Both the position numbers and the translations under genes were made by a program. Positions 9,721-18,757 of a stretch of DNA of 64,000 nucleotides are shown piece by piece. Under the pieces are notes generated by a model, which had not been told where the DNA came from, ran no database searches, and saw only the letters and a list, made by a program, of their open reading frames with translations. Each line of letters opens with the position of its first letter. Position 1 is the first letter of the stretch. Source of the stretch: Candidatus Magasanikbacteria bacterium GW2011_GWA2_37_8 (lineage in GTDB: Bacteria > Patescibacteriota > Patescibacteriia > Magasanikbacterales > GWA2-37-8); NCBI GenBank assembly GCA_000992085.1, contig LBTN01000005.1, forward strand, positions 4,999-68,998, written 5' to 3'.

Positions 9721-10673
9721 TGCGTCATCTCATTTCACTTAAAGAACAAACAAAAGAAGATTTACTAAATATTTTAAATATCGCCCAAAAATTAAAAGCC
9801 AAAAGAAAAGCCGGCGAAAGTGTAGATATATTACACAACCAGACTTTAATCATGCTTTTTCAAAAAACTTCTACTCGCACTCGCCTTTCATTCGAAGCTG
9901 GTATGACCGAACTTGGTGGACATGCAATTTATTTAGACGCCCGAAATACCCAATTTGCTTTAACTGATTTTAAAGATGAAATCCAAGCTGTAATGCGGTA
10001 CGGATCGGTGTTAATGTTTCGCGCCTTAAAAGCAGCCGATGTTACCACTGCGGCTTTATTAAATAAAATTCCAGTAATCGACGCTTGTAGCGAAAAATAT
10101 CACCCTTGCCAAGCACTAGGCGATATTCTTACCATGATCGAACATTCTAATGGTTTGACTAATATTAAAAAAGTTACTTGGCTTGGCATTGAAAATAATG
10201 TTTCCAATACTTTACAATTAGCTTGTGCTAAATTGGGTATCGAAGTGGCTATTGCCGCGCCAGAAGCCAACCCACCAAGTGTTGACCCAGAATTAAATAA
10301 TTTGGCAAATAGCACTGGCTTAATTAAACGTACCACCAACTTGGCCGAAGCCATGGCCAACACCGATTATGTTCACACCGATACTTGGATTGATATGGAA
10401 TTTTTTAAAGATGGCAAAGTAATACCCGAATATCAAGCCGAATACGATCGACGTTTAAATACTTTTAAACCCTTTCAATTAAACGCTAATTTAGTAGATA
10501 CCTATTCACCCAAAGCCGGCATTATGCATTGTATGCCTTGCCACATTGGTTACGAAATTTCTCGCGATGCAATTGATCACAAAAATTCTGTTATATTTGA
10601 TCAAGCCGAAAATCGAATGCACATCCAAAAAGCAATTATATTATGGCTTTTGGAAAAAGAAAACTTAATTTAG
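9720..10673 (+). CDS. Second carbamoyltransferase of the ATCase/OTCase family (argF-like or unknown specificity)
   Basis: STRTRLSFE carbamoyl-phosphate site, HPCQALGD and HCMPCH motifs. Inserted between pyrC and pyrD and flanked on both sides by the repeat clusters. An alternative start is at 9699. Confidence 0.7.
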   Translation: MRHLISLKEQTKEDLLNILNIAQKLKAKRKAGESVDILHNQTLIMLFQKTSTRTRLSFEAGMTELGGHAIYLDARNTQFALTDFKDEIQAVMRYGSVLMFRALKAADVTTAALLNKIPVIDACSEKYHPCQALGDILTMIEHSNGLTNIKKVTWLGIENNVSNTLQLACAKLGIEVAIAAPEANPPSVDPELNNLANSTGLIKRTTNLAEAMANTDYVHTDTWIDMEFFKDGKVIPEYQAEYDRRLNTFKPFQLNANLVDTYSPKAGIMHCMPCHIGYEISRDAIDHKNSVIFDQAENRMHIQKAIILWLLEKENLI

Positions 10674-10765
10674 TTCATAGCCAACATTAATAGTTCATAG
10701 CCAATAGTTCACAGCCAATAGGCCTGTAACTACGAACTATTGGCTATTGGCTGTGAACTCTAAAT
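10668..10765. repeat. TTGGCTRTGAACTA palindromic repeat cluster (carbamoyltransferase/pyrD spacer)
   Basis: TAGTTCATAGCCAAC..TAGTTCACAGCCAATAGGCCTGTAACTACGAACTATTGGCTATTGGCTGTGAACT. It supplies the TAG stop of the upstream gene. Confidence 0.8.
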
Positions 10766-10770
10766 ATCTT

Positions 10771-11679
10771 ATGCTAGAAACAATTTTCCTAAACAAACAA
10801 TTCTCTAATCCCATTGTACTCGCTTCAGGAATCTTAGGCGTAACCGGTGCTAGTTTAAATAATGTTATCAAAAATGGCGCTGGTGGTGTAACAGTAAAAT
10901 CTGTTTCCAAAGAACCACGTCTTGGCCACCCCAACCCTACCATGGCTGGTTATGAACATTTTTTTATTAACGCAGTTGGACTTTCCAACCCAGGAATTGA
11001 AAATGCTATTCTTGAATTAAAAAAATTCAAAGAATTGTCTAACGCACCGCTAATTGGTAGTATTTTTGCTGGCACACCCGAAGAATTTGGTTGGTTGGCA
11101 GAAAAAATTTGTGAAGCGCCAATTGATTTTTTGGAAATCGATATTTCTTGCCCAAATGTTAGCCGCGAATTTGGCGACCCCTTTGCTTATTCTGTACCAG
11201 CCGTAGAAAAAATTACCAAAGCAGTCAAAGAAAAATCAACTGTACCAATTTCTGTTAAACTTTCCCCTAATGCTTGGAATATTGATATAATTGCTAAAGC
11301 CGCCGAAAGTTCTGGTGCCGATGCTATTACCGCCGTAAACACTATTAGCGGTATGACAATCGATGTTCGGGCTCGTCGACCAGTTCTACACAATAAACAA
11401 GGTGGCGTATCTGGCCCAGCCCTATTTCCAATTGCCCTTAAATGCGTGTATGATATTTACAGGGCAGTAAAAATTCCAATTATTGGTACTGGCGGAGTAA
11501 CCACTGGTGAAAATGCCTTAGCCATGATTATGGCTGGCGCTACTTTGGTGGGTGTAGGCTCTGCGGTATATTTTCGAGGGGTAGAAGTTTTTAAACACAT
11601 TACCGAAGAAATGACAAAAATTATGGAGGAAGAAGGAATAAAAAATTTAAACGAAATTCGTGGCTGTGTACATTTGTAG
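10771..11679 (+). CDS. pyrD: Dihydroorotate dehydrogenase catalytic subunit (class 1B)
   Basis: TIM-barrel DHODH motifs (GVTVKS.., SNPG, GGV.TGE). Confidence 0.88.
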   Translation: MLETIFLNKQFSNPIVLASGILGVTGASLNNVIKNGAGGVTVKSVSKEPRLGHPNPTMAGYEHFFINAVGLSNPGIENAILELKKFKELSNAPLIGSIFAGTPEEFGWLAEKICEAPIDFLEIDISCPNVSREFGDPFAYSVPAVEKITKAVKEKSTVPISVKLSPNAWNIDIIAKAAESSGADAITAVNTISGMTIDVRARRPVLHNKQGGVSGPALFPIALKCVYDIYRAVKIPIIGTGGVTTGENALAMIMAGATLVGVGSAVYFRGVEVFKHITEEMTKIMEEEGIKNLNEIRGCVHL

Positions 11680-11745
11680 TTCAGAGCCAATAGCCAATAG
11701 TTCGTAGTTACAGCCTATTGGCTGTGAACTATCAACAAACTATTA
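11676..11745. repeat. TTGGCTRTGAACTA palindromic repeat (pyrD/pyrK spacer)
   Basis: TAGTTCAGAGCCAATAGCCAATAGTTCGTAGTTACAGCCTATTGGCTGTGAACTA. The pyrD TAG stop lies inside it. Confidence 0.8.
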
Positions 11746-11759
11746 ACTTATAATATTAT

Positions 11760-12563
11760 ATGGATTCTACATTTATTAAAATCTCTGATATAGAAATCGA
11801 AAACTCGAACGTAAAAACTTTTTATTTTGATTATGAATTAAAAAGTAAACCAGGACAATTTATCATGCTTTGGATTCCAGGCACAGATCAAAAACCATTT
11901 TCTGTTTCTTTTGATAACGGCCAAAAATTTGGTTTAACCATTTTTAAACGAGGGCCAGCAACCAATAAATTATTTAAAATGAAAATTGGTGATCGGGTCG
12001 GAATAAATGGACCATACGGCACCAACTTTACTATCAATCCAAATTTACACTACATTATGGTAGCTGGTGGGTATGGTGCTGCCCCTTTAAAATTTTTAAC
12101 TCAAACTATTAATGGTGCTGCAATCGATTTTATTGCTGGTGGCCGCACCAAAGATAATTTATTATTTGAAGAAGAACTAACAAAAATACCAAACCTTAAT
12201 TTACATATTACTACCGATGACGGCAGCAAAGGTTATAAAGGATTTGTAACTGATGTATTAGTAGAATTGTTAGCTAAAATTGACCCTGCCCAAAAAGATA
12301 AAACTTTGGTGGTTACTTGTGGGCCAGAATTAATGCAAAAAAAGGTATTGGATATTTGTAATGAACACAATATTAATTGCGAAGTAAGCATCGAACGCTA
12401 TATGAAATGTGGTATGGGTATTTGCGGCCAATGCGTAATTGATGATTTGGGTATTTGTATGTGTAAAGACGGACCAGTAGTTAATCAAAAATTAGCTAAC
12501 CAAATTTTTGAATTTGGTAAATATCATCGTGATAAAAGTGGTGTAATAGTTCACAGCCAATAG
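11760..12563 (+). CDS. pyrK: Dihydroorotate dehydrogenase electron-transfer subunit
   Basis: FAD/NAD-binding domain plus a C-terminal 2Fe-2S motif CGMGICGQCV. The final residues VHSQ and the stop codon are encoded by the repeat. Confidence 0.85.
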   Translation: MDSTFIKISDIEIENSNVKTFYFDYELKSKPGQFIMLWIPGTDQKPFSVSFDNGQKFGLTIFKRGPATNKLFKMKIGDRVGINGPYGTNFTINPNLHYIMVAGGYGAAPLKFLTQTINGAAIDFIAGGRTKDNLLFEEELTKIPNLNLHITTDDGSKGYKGFVTDVLVELLAKIDPAQKDKTLVVTCGPELMQKKVLDICNEHNINCEVSIERYMKCGMGICGQCVIDDLGICMCKDGPVVNQKLANQIFEFGKYHRDKSGVIVHSQ

Positions 12564-12650
12564 CCAATAGTTCATAGTTACGGGCCTATTGGCTACGAAC
12601 TATCAACAACCTATTGGCTACGAACTATTGGCTATGAACTAATTAAACAT
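12549..12650. repeat. TTGGCTRTGAACTA palindromic repeat cluster (pyrK/pyrE spacer)
   Basis: TAGTTCACAGCCAATAGCCAATAGTTCATAGTTACGGGCCTATTGGCTACGAACTA plus two further direct copies. Confidence 0.8.
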
Positions 12651-13247
12651 ATGACCAAAGATTTAATTCTAAAACTTTACGAAATCAATGCGGTTAAATT
12701 TGGTGAATTTAAATTAAAGAGCGGTATCATGTCGCCAATTTATATTGATCTGCGTATTACTGTTTCTTACCCCGAAGTATTAAAAATGGTAGCCGAAGCA
12801 ATGTGGCAAAAAGTAAATGACATAAAATTTGATTTAATTTGCGGTGTCCCCTATACTGCTTTACCGATTGCTACGGTTATGTCGGTAGAACACAATATCC
12901 CAATGATTATGCGCCGCAAAGAAGTAAAAGATTATGGTACTAAAAAAGCAATTGAAGGAAAATTTGAAACCGGACAAAATTGTTTAATTATTGAAGACTT
13001 GGTTACTTCTGGCTCTAGCGTTTTTGAAACCATCGAACCACTACAATTAGAAGGATTAAAAGTAACAGACATTGTAGTATTGGTAGATCGTGAGCAAGGT
13101 GGAAAAAAACATCTTCAAACAAAAGGCTATAATTTACATTCTGTAATTACCATTTCAGAAATGTTAGAAGTTTTAAAAACTGAAAATAAGTTAGAAAAAG
13201 AAATGGTAGAAAAAGTAAAAACATTTATTCAAAGCAACCAAGTGTAA
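12651..13247 (+). CDS. pyrE: Orotate phosphoribosyltransferase
   Basis: PRPP-binding motif [11 protein letters not shown]. 198 aa. Confidence 0.88.
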   Translation: MTKDLILKLYEINAVKFGEFKLKSGIMSPIYIDLRITVSYPEVLKMVAEAMWQKVNDIKFDLICGVPYTALPIATVMSVEHNIPMIMRRKEVKDYGTKKAIEGKFETGQNCLIIEDLVTSGSSVFETIEPLQLEGLKVTDIVVLVDREQGGKKHLQTKGYNLHSVITISEMLEVLKTENKLEKEMVEKVKTFIQSNQV

Positions 13248-13249
13248 TT

Positions 13250-14020
13250 ATGAATTATACCTACACACAACGCGCGAATTTATGTACCAATCCAACTGCT
13301 GTAAAACTTTTACAGTTAATGGACCAAAAACAAACCAATCTTTGTATCGCCGCCGACGTAATTTCTAAAAACCAATTACTAAAAATCGCCGACGAACTTG
13401 GAGACGAAATATGTATTTTGAAAACTCATATTGATATTTTGGAAGATTTTGATATGGACACAGTTATCCAACTTGACAGATTATCAGAAAAACATAATTT
13501 TCTTTTATTTGAAGACAGAAAATTTGCGGACATTGGTAACACTGTAAAACACCAATATCAAGACGGCATTTATCACATCGCCGATTGGGCTCACATTACT
13601 AACGCTCACACTGTTCCAGGGCCAGGAATTATTACTGGCCTAAAAGAAGTTGGGTTGCATAAAGGACGAGGATTACTACTGCTTGCCGAAATGAGTTCGG
13701 CTGGCACGCTCGCTAAAAATGAATACACTGCCGAAACATTAGAAATGGCAAAAAACAACAAAGACTTTGTAATTGGTTTTATTACCATGCGCCAGTTAAT
13801 TGATGACCCGTGTTTTATTAATCTAACACCAGGAGTACAACTAGCAGTTGGCACTGACAACTTAGGACAACAATACAACACCCCAGAAAAAGTAATTAAA
13901 GAAAATAATTCAGATGTTATTATTGTCGGCCGAGGTATTTATGAAGCCCAGGATCCAATTGCCGAAGCCAAAAAATATCGCACTGCCGGTTGGCAAGCAT
14001 ACTTGGCTAAATTAAGCTAA
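13250..14020 (+). CDS. pyrF: Orotidine-5'-phosphate decarboxylase
   Basis: [11 protein letters not shown] active-site motif. Confidence 0.88.
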   Translation: MNYTYTQRANLCTNPTAVKLLQLMDQKQTNLCIAADVISKNQLLKIADELGDEICILKTHIDILEDFDMDTVIQLDRLSEKHNFLLFEDRKFADIGNTVKHQYQDGIYHIADWAHITNAHTVPGPGIITGLKEVGLHKGRGLLLLAEMSSAGTLAKNEYTAETLEMAKNNKDFVIGFITMRQLIDDPCFINLTPGVQLAVGTDNLGQQYNTPEKVIKENNSDVIIVGRGIYEAQDPIAEAKKYRTAGWQAYLAKLS

Positions 14021-14145
14021 ATTTATATACCCCATCTTGACAGAATAGCAAATTTATGCTATTCTGTTATGTTATTGGGGTGGAGAAAATAATAATTAAT
14101 TAGTTGATTGTTATTTTGTCCGTAACCATATGGATGGAGGAATCC

Positions 14146-14502
14146 ATGTTCTGGACGATCGAACGAGCCACCGAGTGGTGGCAACTGCTCATGGTCTTGG
14201 CTGGGGTCTTGGGGATCCTGGCCTACATCGCGATGCAGGCCATCGCGTACGAGTGGGTCGACAAAGGCCCTAATCCGATGGCGCGCAGAAACGTGGCGGG
14301 AGAAATGATCGAGGAACGGATACTCGATCGCGAGCCCCGCTCCTGGCGGATCCGGATCATCGGCTGGACGATCGAGCTCGCCATCTTGGCGGCGCTACCC
14401 CAACCGATGCTGATCGCAGCTGGCATCGGCATCGCCGTCGCCGCGGCCATACACACGGTGTCCCGTTCGGTGGACACCACCATTGGTGGAGGGGGTTACT
14501 AA
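14146..14502 (+). CDS. GC-rich small two-pass membrane protein (foreign cassette)
   Basis: About 62% GC. GGAGG ribosome-binding site 6 nt before the ATG. Hydrophobic helices LLMVLAGVLGILAYIAM and LAILAALPQPMLIAAGIGIAVAAAI. Ends in a glycine tail. Confidence 0.5.
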   Translation: MFWTIERATEWWQLLMVLAGVLGILAYIAMQAIAYEWVDKGPNPMARRNVAGEMIEERILDREPRSWRIRIIGWTIELAILAALPQPMLIAAGIGIAVAAAIHTVSRSVDTTIGGGGY

Positions 14503-14565
14503 GCCCGTCCGGTCGGTCGTCTTGCTCACGCGAGGCGATCGACCGGTGGGCTCTTTCTATATATA

Positions 14566-14598
14566 AACCCTGCACCGTTCTGGTGCAGGGTTTTGATT
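14566..14598 (+). terminator. Intrinsic terminator closing the GC-rich cassette
   Basis: CCCTGCACCgttcGGTGCAGGG followed by TTTTGATTT. Confidence 0.7.
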
Positions 14599-14608
14599 TA
14601 AATATTTT

Positions 14609-14977
14609 TTATCTACCGGCAATTAATTGCAGAACACTACCTACTTTTTCTTTCCACTTATTATCGTCCAAAACGCCTTTCATACTTAACAATTCTTTTA
14701 GATCTTCATCAGATAACATATACAACCACTCAATCACTCGCTTTTGTTGCTCTGGAGTTTGATAAAGCAAAATATCTACTAATTCAATCTGCAAGCGTTC
14801 AGCCAAACCATAACGATCTAATAAATCCAATAAACGATCACTGTCTTCTGGGCTCATCTTCTCTCTTATTAATTTGTAAACATTACTTTTATTTCTTTGG
14901 TCGGCTAATAATGAACTGCTTAATTCACCAGATACATCTGGTGTAAATTTTACTTCTGTATCCATATTATTTAGCAC
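14609..14977 (-). CDS. Hypothetical protein
   Basis: 122-aa ORF co-oriented with, and overlapping the start of, ruvA. Confidence 0.4.
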   Translation of the reverse strand: MLNNMDTEVKFTPDVSGELSSSLLADQRNKSNVYKLIREKMSPEDSDRLLDLLDRYGLAERLQIELVDILLYQTPEQQKRVIEWLYMLSDEDLKELLSMKGVLDDNKWKEKVGSVLQLIAGR

Positions 14978-15554
14978 TCAAACTTTTTAAAACTAACTTC
15001 ATTAATTCTTCTGCACTTTTATTGGTTGCATCTATTTTCTTTACTGCTTCGCGCACTATCTCTTTGGTATAACCCAAAGAAATTAACCCCTCAACCACAT
15101 CTCCCACCACACCATCCTCGTTACCCAACTGTTCATTTCTAATTGTTCCTTGTTTATTAATTTTATTTTTCAATTCTACTACAATCCGCTCGGCGGTTTT
15201 TCTTCCCACTCCACTTACCTTAATTAAATAATCAACATCGCTTCTACTAATCGCTCCAGAAATTTCGGCGACTGTTCCAAGTGATAACAAATGCAAAGCC
15301 GATTTTGGCCCAATACCAGTAACAGTTAAAAACTGCAAAAATAATTCACGCTCTGCTTGATCTTTAAAACCGCAAAGCTCCATTGCGTTTTCTCGAACCA
15401 CTAAATAAGTTAATAACTGCACCTCTGTTCCTACCTGCCACTCGCTAACCGTAGCAATATTAACCAAAATTTCATATCCAATACCGCCCGCAGTTATAAC
15501 CACTATTTTATTTTCTTCTTTACTAACAATTTTTCCAACAATTAAAGAAATCAT
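14967..15554 (-). CDS. ruvA: Holliday junction branch-migration complex subunit RuvA
   Basis: 195 aa. OB fold followed by tandem HhH motifs (GIGPKSALHLLS, VSGVGRKTAERI). Confidence 0.88.
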   Translation of the reverse strand: MISLIVGKIVSKEENKIVVITAGGIGYEILVNIATVSEWQVGTEVQLLTYLVVRENAMELCGFKDQAERELFLQFLTVTGIGPKSALHLLSLGTVAEISGAISRSDVDYLIKVSGVGRKTAERIVVELKNKINKQGTIRNEQLGNEDGVVGDVVEGLISLGYTKEIVREAVKKIDATNKSAEELMKLVLKSLSAK

Positions 15555-15555
15555 A

Positions 15556-16521
15556 TTACTTCTTTTTTCCTACTCGGCTTACTCTAATCAACCCCCCGCA
15601 AGGCACAACATCAATACCTTTCTTTTCTAATTCATCTAATAATAAATTCATACCTAAAGAATCTGAGGCCATATGCCCAGCAATTACTATATTTAAGTGA
15701 TGTTCGTTGGCTTTGCCCCTGGCACTTTCTTTCATATGCATACCAACTATTGTAGAAATACCATAACGCGATAATGCTTCATACATTGCATCGGAAGGAT
15801 TGGTGCCCCCAGTCATTTCTAATATAAACTTACCTAACCGACTTTTTGGATTACCCGAAAGTAAATTTGGCCCAGCGCCACGTCTTTTAGCTTCTTGATA
15901 TTCTGGAATTTCTAATAAAGCATCCAGAAAATCCCCCACGGTGCGCAACTTCTTTTTTGATAAAAACTTCATCAAAAAATTATTTACCAAATTATCCGTA
16001 GGTGTATGAGTATTCATTAAATTTACTTTGAGTAGACGCGCCATATCGATAATCTGATAATGATTAATCGGATGTATACTTCTACCTACTTCTTTGATTC
16101 TTTCTTCCATCATTTTTTCGGCCACATGAACCGGTACACCAGCTTGTTCAAACATAGCTACTTGCATATCCATTACACCATGCAAATCTGCCAAACCACG
16201 ACCCAGTGGATGATGGCCCATAACTAAATCAATTTTTTTACCCCGCTCGCTTAATTGTGAAGCCAAAAGTATTTCACTACCATCAATATCAATGCCAGCC
16301 AATACTCGTTTTACCACTGTTTTATCATCGCTAAAATGCACACCGCTATCAGAATAGGGGTGGTCTAGGCGCTCTGCGTTAAAATATGATTTAGCCTCGG
16401 AAGACGATTTGTCGTGCTCTTTCTTAACATCTGCCAAATATTCTTTGATTCCTTGTGCGCCACGTGGGTCAACCGATTTGGCCATATTAACTGCCAATTC
16501 AAAAATTTGTTTTACTAACAT
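15556..16521 (-). CDS. Nif3-like dinuclear metal centre protein (YqfO/GTP cyclohydrolase 1 type 2 family)
   Basis: GHHPLGRG and ...IAGHMASD... motifs typical of the NIF3 family. Confidence 0.75.
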   Translation of the reverse strand: MLVKQIFELAVNMAKSVDPRGAQGIKEYLADVKKEHDKSSSEAKSYFNAERLDHPYSDSGVHFSDDKTVVKRVLAGIDIDGSEILLASQLSERGKKIDLVMGHHPLGRGLADLHGVMDMQVAMFEQAGVPVHVAEKMMEERIKEVGRSIHPINHYQIIDMARLLKVNLMNTHTPTDNLVNNFLMKFLSKKKLRTVGDFLDALLEIPEYQEAKRRGAGPNLLSGNPKSRLGKFILEMTGGTNPSDAMYEALSRYGISTIVGMHMKESARGKANEHHLNIVIAGHMASDSLGMNLLLDELEKKGIDVVPCGGLIRVSRVGKKK

Positions 16522-16532
16522 AGTGTGAAAGA

Positions 16533-16613
16533 AATAAGGAGTAAAGAGTAAGGAATAAATAACAGTTAATCGCCCGCATTACTTATTCCTTTTTCCTTAT
16601 TCTTTATTCCTTC
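16533..16613. repeat. Inverted pair of (GGARTAA)n repeats
   Basis: AATAAGGAGTAAAGAGTAAGGAATAA ... TTATTCCTTTTTCCTTATTCTTTATTCCTT in the Nif3/epmB spacer. Confidence 0.75.
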
Positions 16614-16711
16614 ATCTTATTACAAAAAAACCGACCTGTCAAACCCTATACACCACATTTTGTGGGGCTGGGCACGTTACAGGTCGGCGTGACGAAGACA
16701 AGCATTTTTCG

Positions 16712-17641
16712 TCATTTTACTTTTATTTTCTTCCCCCTAAAATCCTTATAACTATCTGCCTTAAATTCCCAAAAATCCAACGGCACAGGTATTTTACCAG
16801 AACCATCTGGGGCGTCAATAGTATATAATGGTGTTGCTAAACCACTTAGTCTCTTGCGTAATTCTGTAAAAATTTTTATTTCTTTTTTAAAATCAACCAT
16901 AAAATGTTCGACCCCAATTACTGGATCACACCGAAAAAAATAATACGGCTTTACTCCCACTTCTACTAATCGAGAAAATAAATTATACAAAATTTCTACA
17001 GAATCATTAACTCCTTTTAGTGAAACTGTTTGCGATAACATCATTGTACAAACCGGACGCAAACGATTTAATGCTTTAATGGTTGCCTCGGTAATTTCGG
17101 CTGGATGTTCAAAATGTAGCATTAAATATAGTGGCTGTTTTTTAACTATTTTTAATGCTTCAATTAACTTTTTATTTACTGCACTGGGATTAGAAACCGG
17201 CAAACGCGAGCCAACCCTAATTACTTTTATTTGAGGTAATTTTACAAATTTTTGTAAAGCTTGTTTTAGTATTTCTGGCACGGTCATAGGGTCGCCACCA
17301 GAAAAAACCAATTCTTTAATTTCGGGATGTTGTTTAATATATCGCACCATATTATCCAAATCTTTGGTACTAACTATTCCTTTAGCAATATCCGATACTT
17401 TACGTCGGCGAGTACAAAACCGACAATAGGCAGCACAATTCATAGTTAAAAGCACCAGAGCTCTATTACCGTACTTGTGCACTAAACCCCGAGTAACTGT
17501 AAAATGTTCCTCGAGCAACGGATCGGCCGAAGTAATCGTTTCGTCTTGCTCTTCTTTGTTCGAAGGTACAAACTGACGATAAATTTCCGGACAAACTTTG
17601 GTAAGTTTTTTTAAATGTGGTGATAATCTAGTTGCCAACAT
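16712..17641 (-). CDS. Lysine 2,3-aminomutase family radical SAM enzyme (EpmB/KamA-like)
   Basis: CAAYCRFCTRR CxxxCxxC radical-SAM motif of the KamA family. 309 aa, which is EpmB-sized. efp and epmA are present at 62.3-63.9 kb. Confidence 0.8.
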   Translation of the reverse strand: MLATRLSPHLKKLTKVCPEIYRQFVPSNKEEQDETITSADPLLEEHFTVTRGLVHKYGNRALVLLTMNCAAYCRFCTRRRKVSDIAKGIVSTKDLDNMVRYIKQHPEIKELVFSGGDPMTVPEILKQALQKFVKLPQIKVIRVGSRLPVSNPSAVNKKLIEALKIVKKQPLYLMLHFEHPAEITEATIKALNRLRPVCTMMLSQTVSLKGVNDSVEILYNLFSRLVEVGVKPYYFFRCDPVIGVEHFMVDFKKEIKIFTELRKRLSGLATPLYTIDAPDGSGKIPVPLDFWEFKADSYKDFRGKKIKVK

Positions 17642-17646
17642 AGAAT

Positions 17647-17733
17647 TAAGGAATAATGAAAAAGGATTAAGGAATAAGTAACCTAAACAATCAATCGCTA
17701 TTTACTCTTTATTCCTTACTCCTTGTTCCTTCA
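17647..17733. repeat. Inverted pair of (GGARTAA)n repeats
   Basis: TTAAGGAATAATGAAAAAGGATTAAGGAATAAG ... TTTACTCTTTATTCCTTACTCCTTGTTCCTTC. It supplies the epmB 5' UTR and the last codons and stop of the ATP-grasp gene. Confidence 0.75.
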
Positions 17734-18752
17734 TACACAATCCCATACCGTTTACACGCCGACTGTAAAATTTCTTCCAACATTTTTTCATAACTTAATC
17801 CATCTGCCAATGCCGCTCGCACAAACCTTGAATTATCTTTTGGATCAGGCATAACTCCGGGTGGACAATTTACTTCAATAAAACTTGGGGTACCATTTTT
17901 ATCAAGCCGCACATCAATTCGTGCCCAATCTCTCATTTCCAAAGCGTCAAAAGACCGCAAACACAATTCTTCAATTTTGGATTTTAATTCTGGTGTTAAT
18001 ACAGCCGGACAAATTACTGGATCTTTTTGTTGCTCGGGATTATCATAAATCCATTTCGCTTCAAAATGATCAAACTTTGGCATCCCTTCTGGCAATTCAT
18101 TAAAAGTAATTTCCACAATTGGTAGCACCCGAGCTGGATTGCCAATTACCGCTACTGTAAATTCTCGACCAGGTAAATATTCTTCAATAATTACCGGCTG
18201 ATGAAATTTCTCTAATAGTTCTGCCACTAAATTTTTTAAATCTTCAGTATTATCTACCAAATTTTTAGCGGTAATACCTTTGCTCGAACCTTCGGCTAAA
18301 GGTTTGGCAATTACCGGAAAAAAATTAACTGGATTTTCTTCTAAATAAGATAATTTACTTACCGTCATCCAGTGCGGAGTGGCAATACCATAGGAGGTTA
18401 AAATTTCTTTAGCCACCGACTTGTTTAAACCCACTGCATAACCAAGTGGTTTTGGACCAGTATACGGAATTTGTAACATTTCCATCATGGCTGGCAATTG
18501 CGCTTCACGGTCTGCACCATGCATACCTTCGGCTACATTAAATACCAAATCAATTTTACTTTTTAAATTTCTTAATTTTTCGTAAGCATCCTCGTTGGCC
18601 TCTATCCCAACCACGGTATGCCCTAATTTTTCTAGTGCTCTAGTCATTCCTTCAATGGTTGTTGGCTCATCAAACTCTGCTTCTTTTAAATATTCAGGAT
18701 TATTTAAATCTGGTTTGGTGTGTCGCATGTTGTAAACTAAACCAATATGCAT
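17709..18752 (-). CDS. ATP-grasp ligase, D-alanine--D-alanine ligase family
   Basis: Ddl-like N-terminal, central and ATP-grasp C-terminal domains (EEYLPGREFTVAVIG..., IDVRLDKNGTPSFIEVNCPPG). The C-terminal codons are supplied by a heptamer repeat. Confidence 0.7.
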   Translation of the reverse strand: MHIGLVYNMRHTKPDLNNPEYLKEAEFDEPTTIEGMTRALEKLGHTVVGIEANEDAYEKLRNLKSKIDLVFNVAEGMHGADREAQLPAMMEMLQIPYTGPKPLGYAVGLNKSVAKEILTSYGIATPHWMTVSKLSYLEENPVNFFPVIAKPLAEGSSKGITAKNLVDNTEDLKNLVAELLEKFHQPVIIEEYLPGREFTVAVIGNPARVLPIVEITFNELPEGMPKFDHFEAKWIYDNPEQQKDPVICPAVLTPELKSKIEELCLRSFDALEMRDWARIDVRLDKNGTPSFIEVNCPPGVMPDPKDNSRFVRAALADGLSYEKMLEEILQSACKRYGIVYEGTRSKE

Positions 18753-18757
18753 ATATT

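Noticed and set aside
9541-12650. Possible CRISPR array from the regularly recurring TTGGCTGTGAACTA units
   Set aside because: Copies occur in both orientations and form palindromes. The spacing is irregular, and there are no unique spacers of uniform length and no cas genes. This is a REP, iteron or MITE-like repeat architecture and no CRISPR array.
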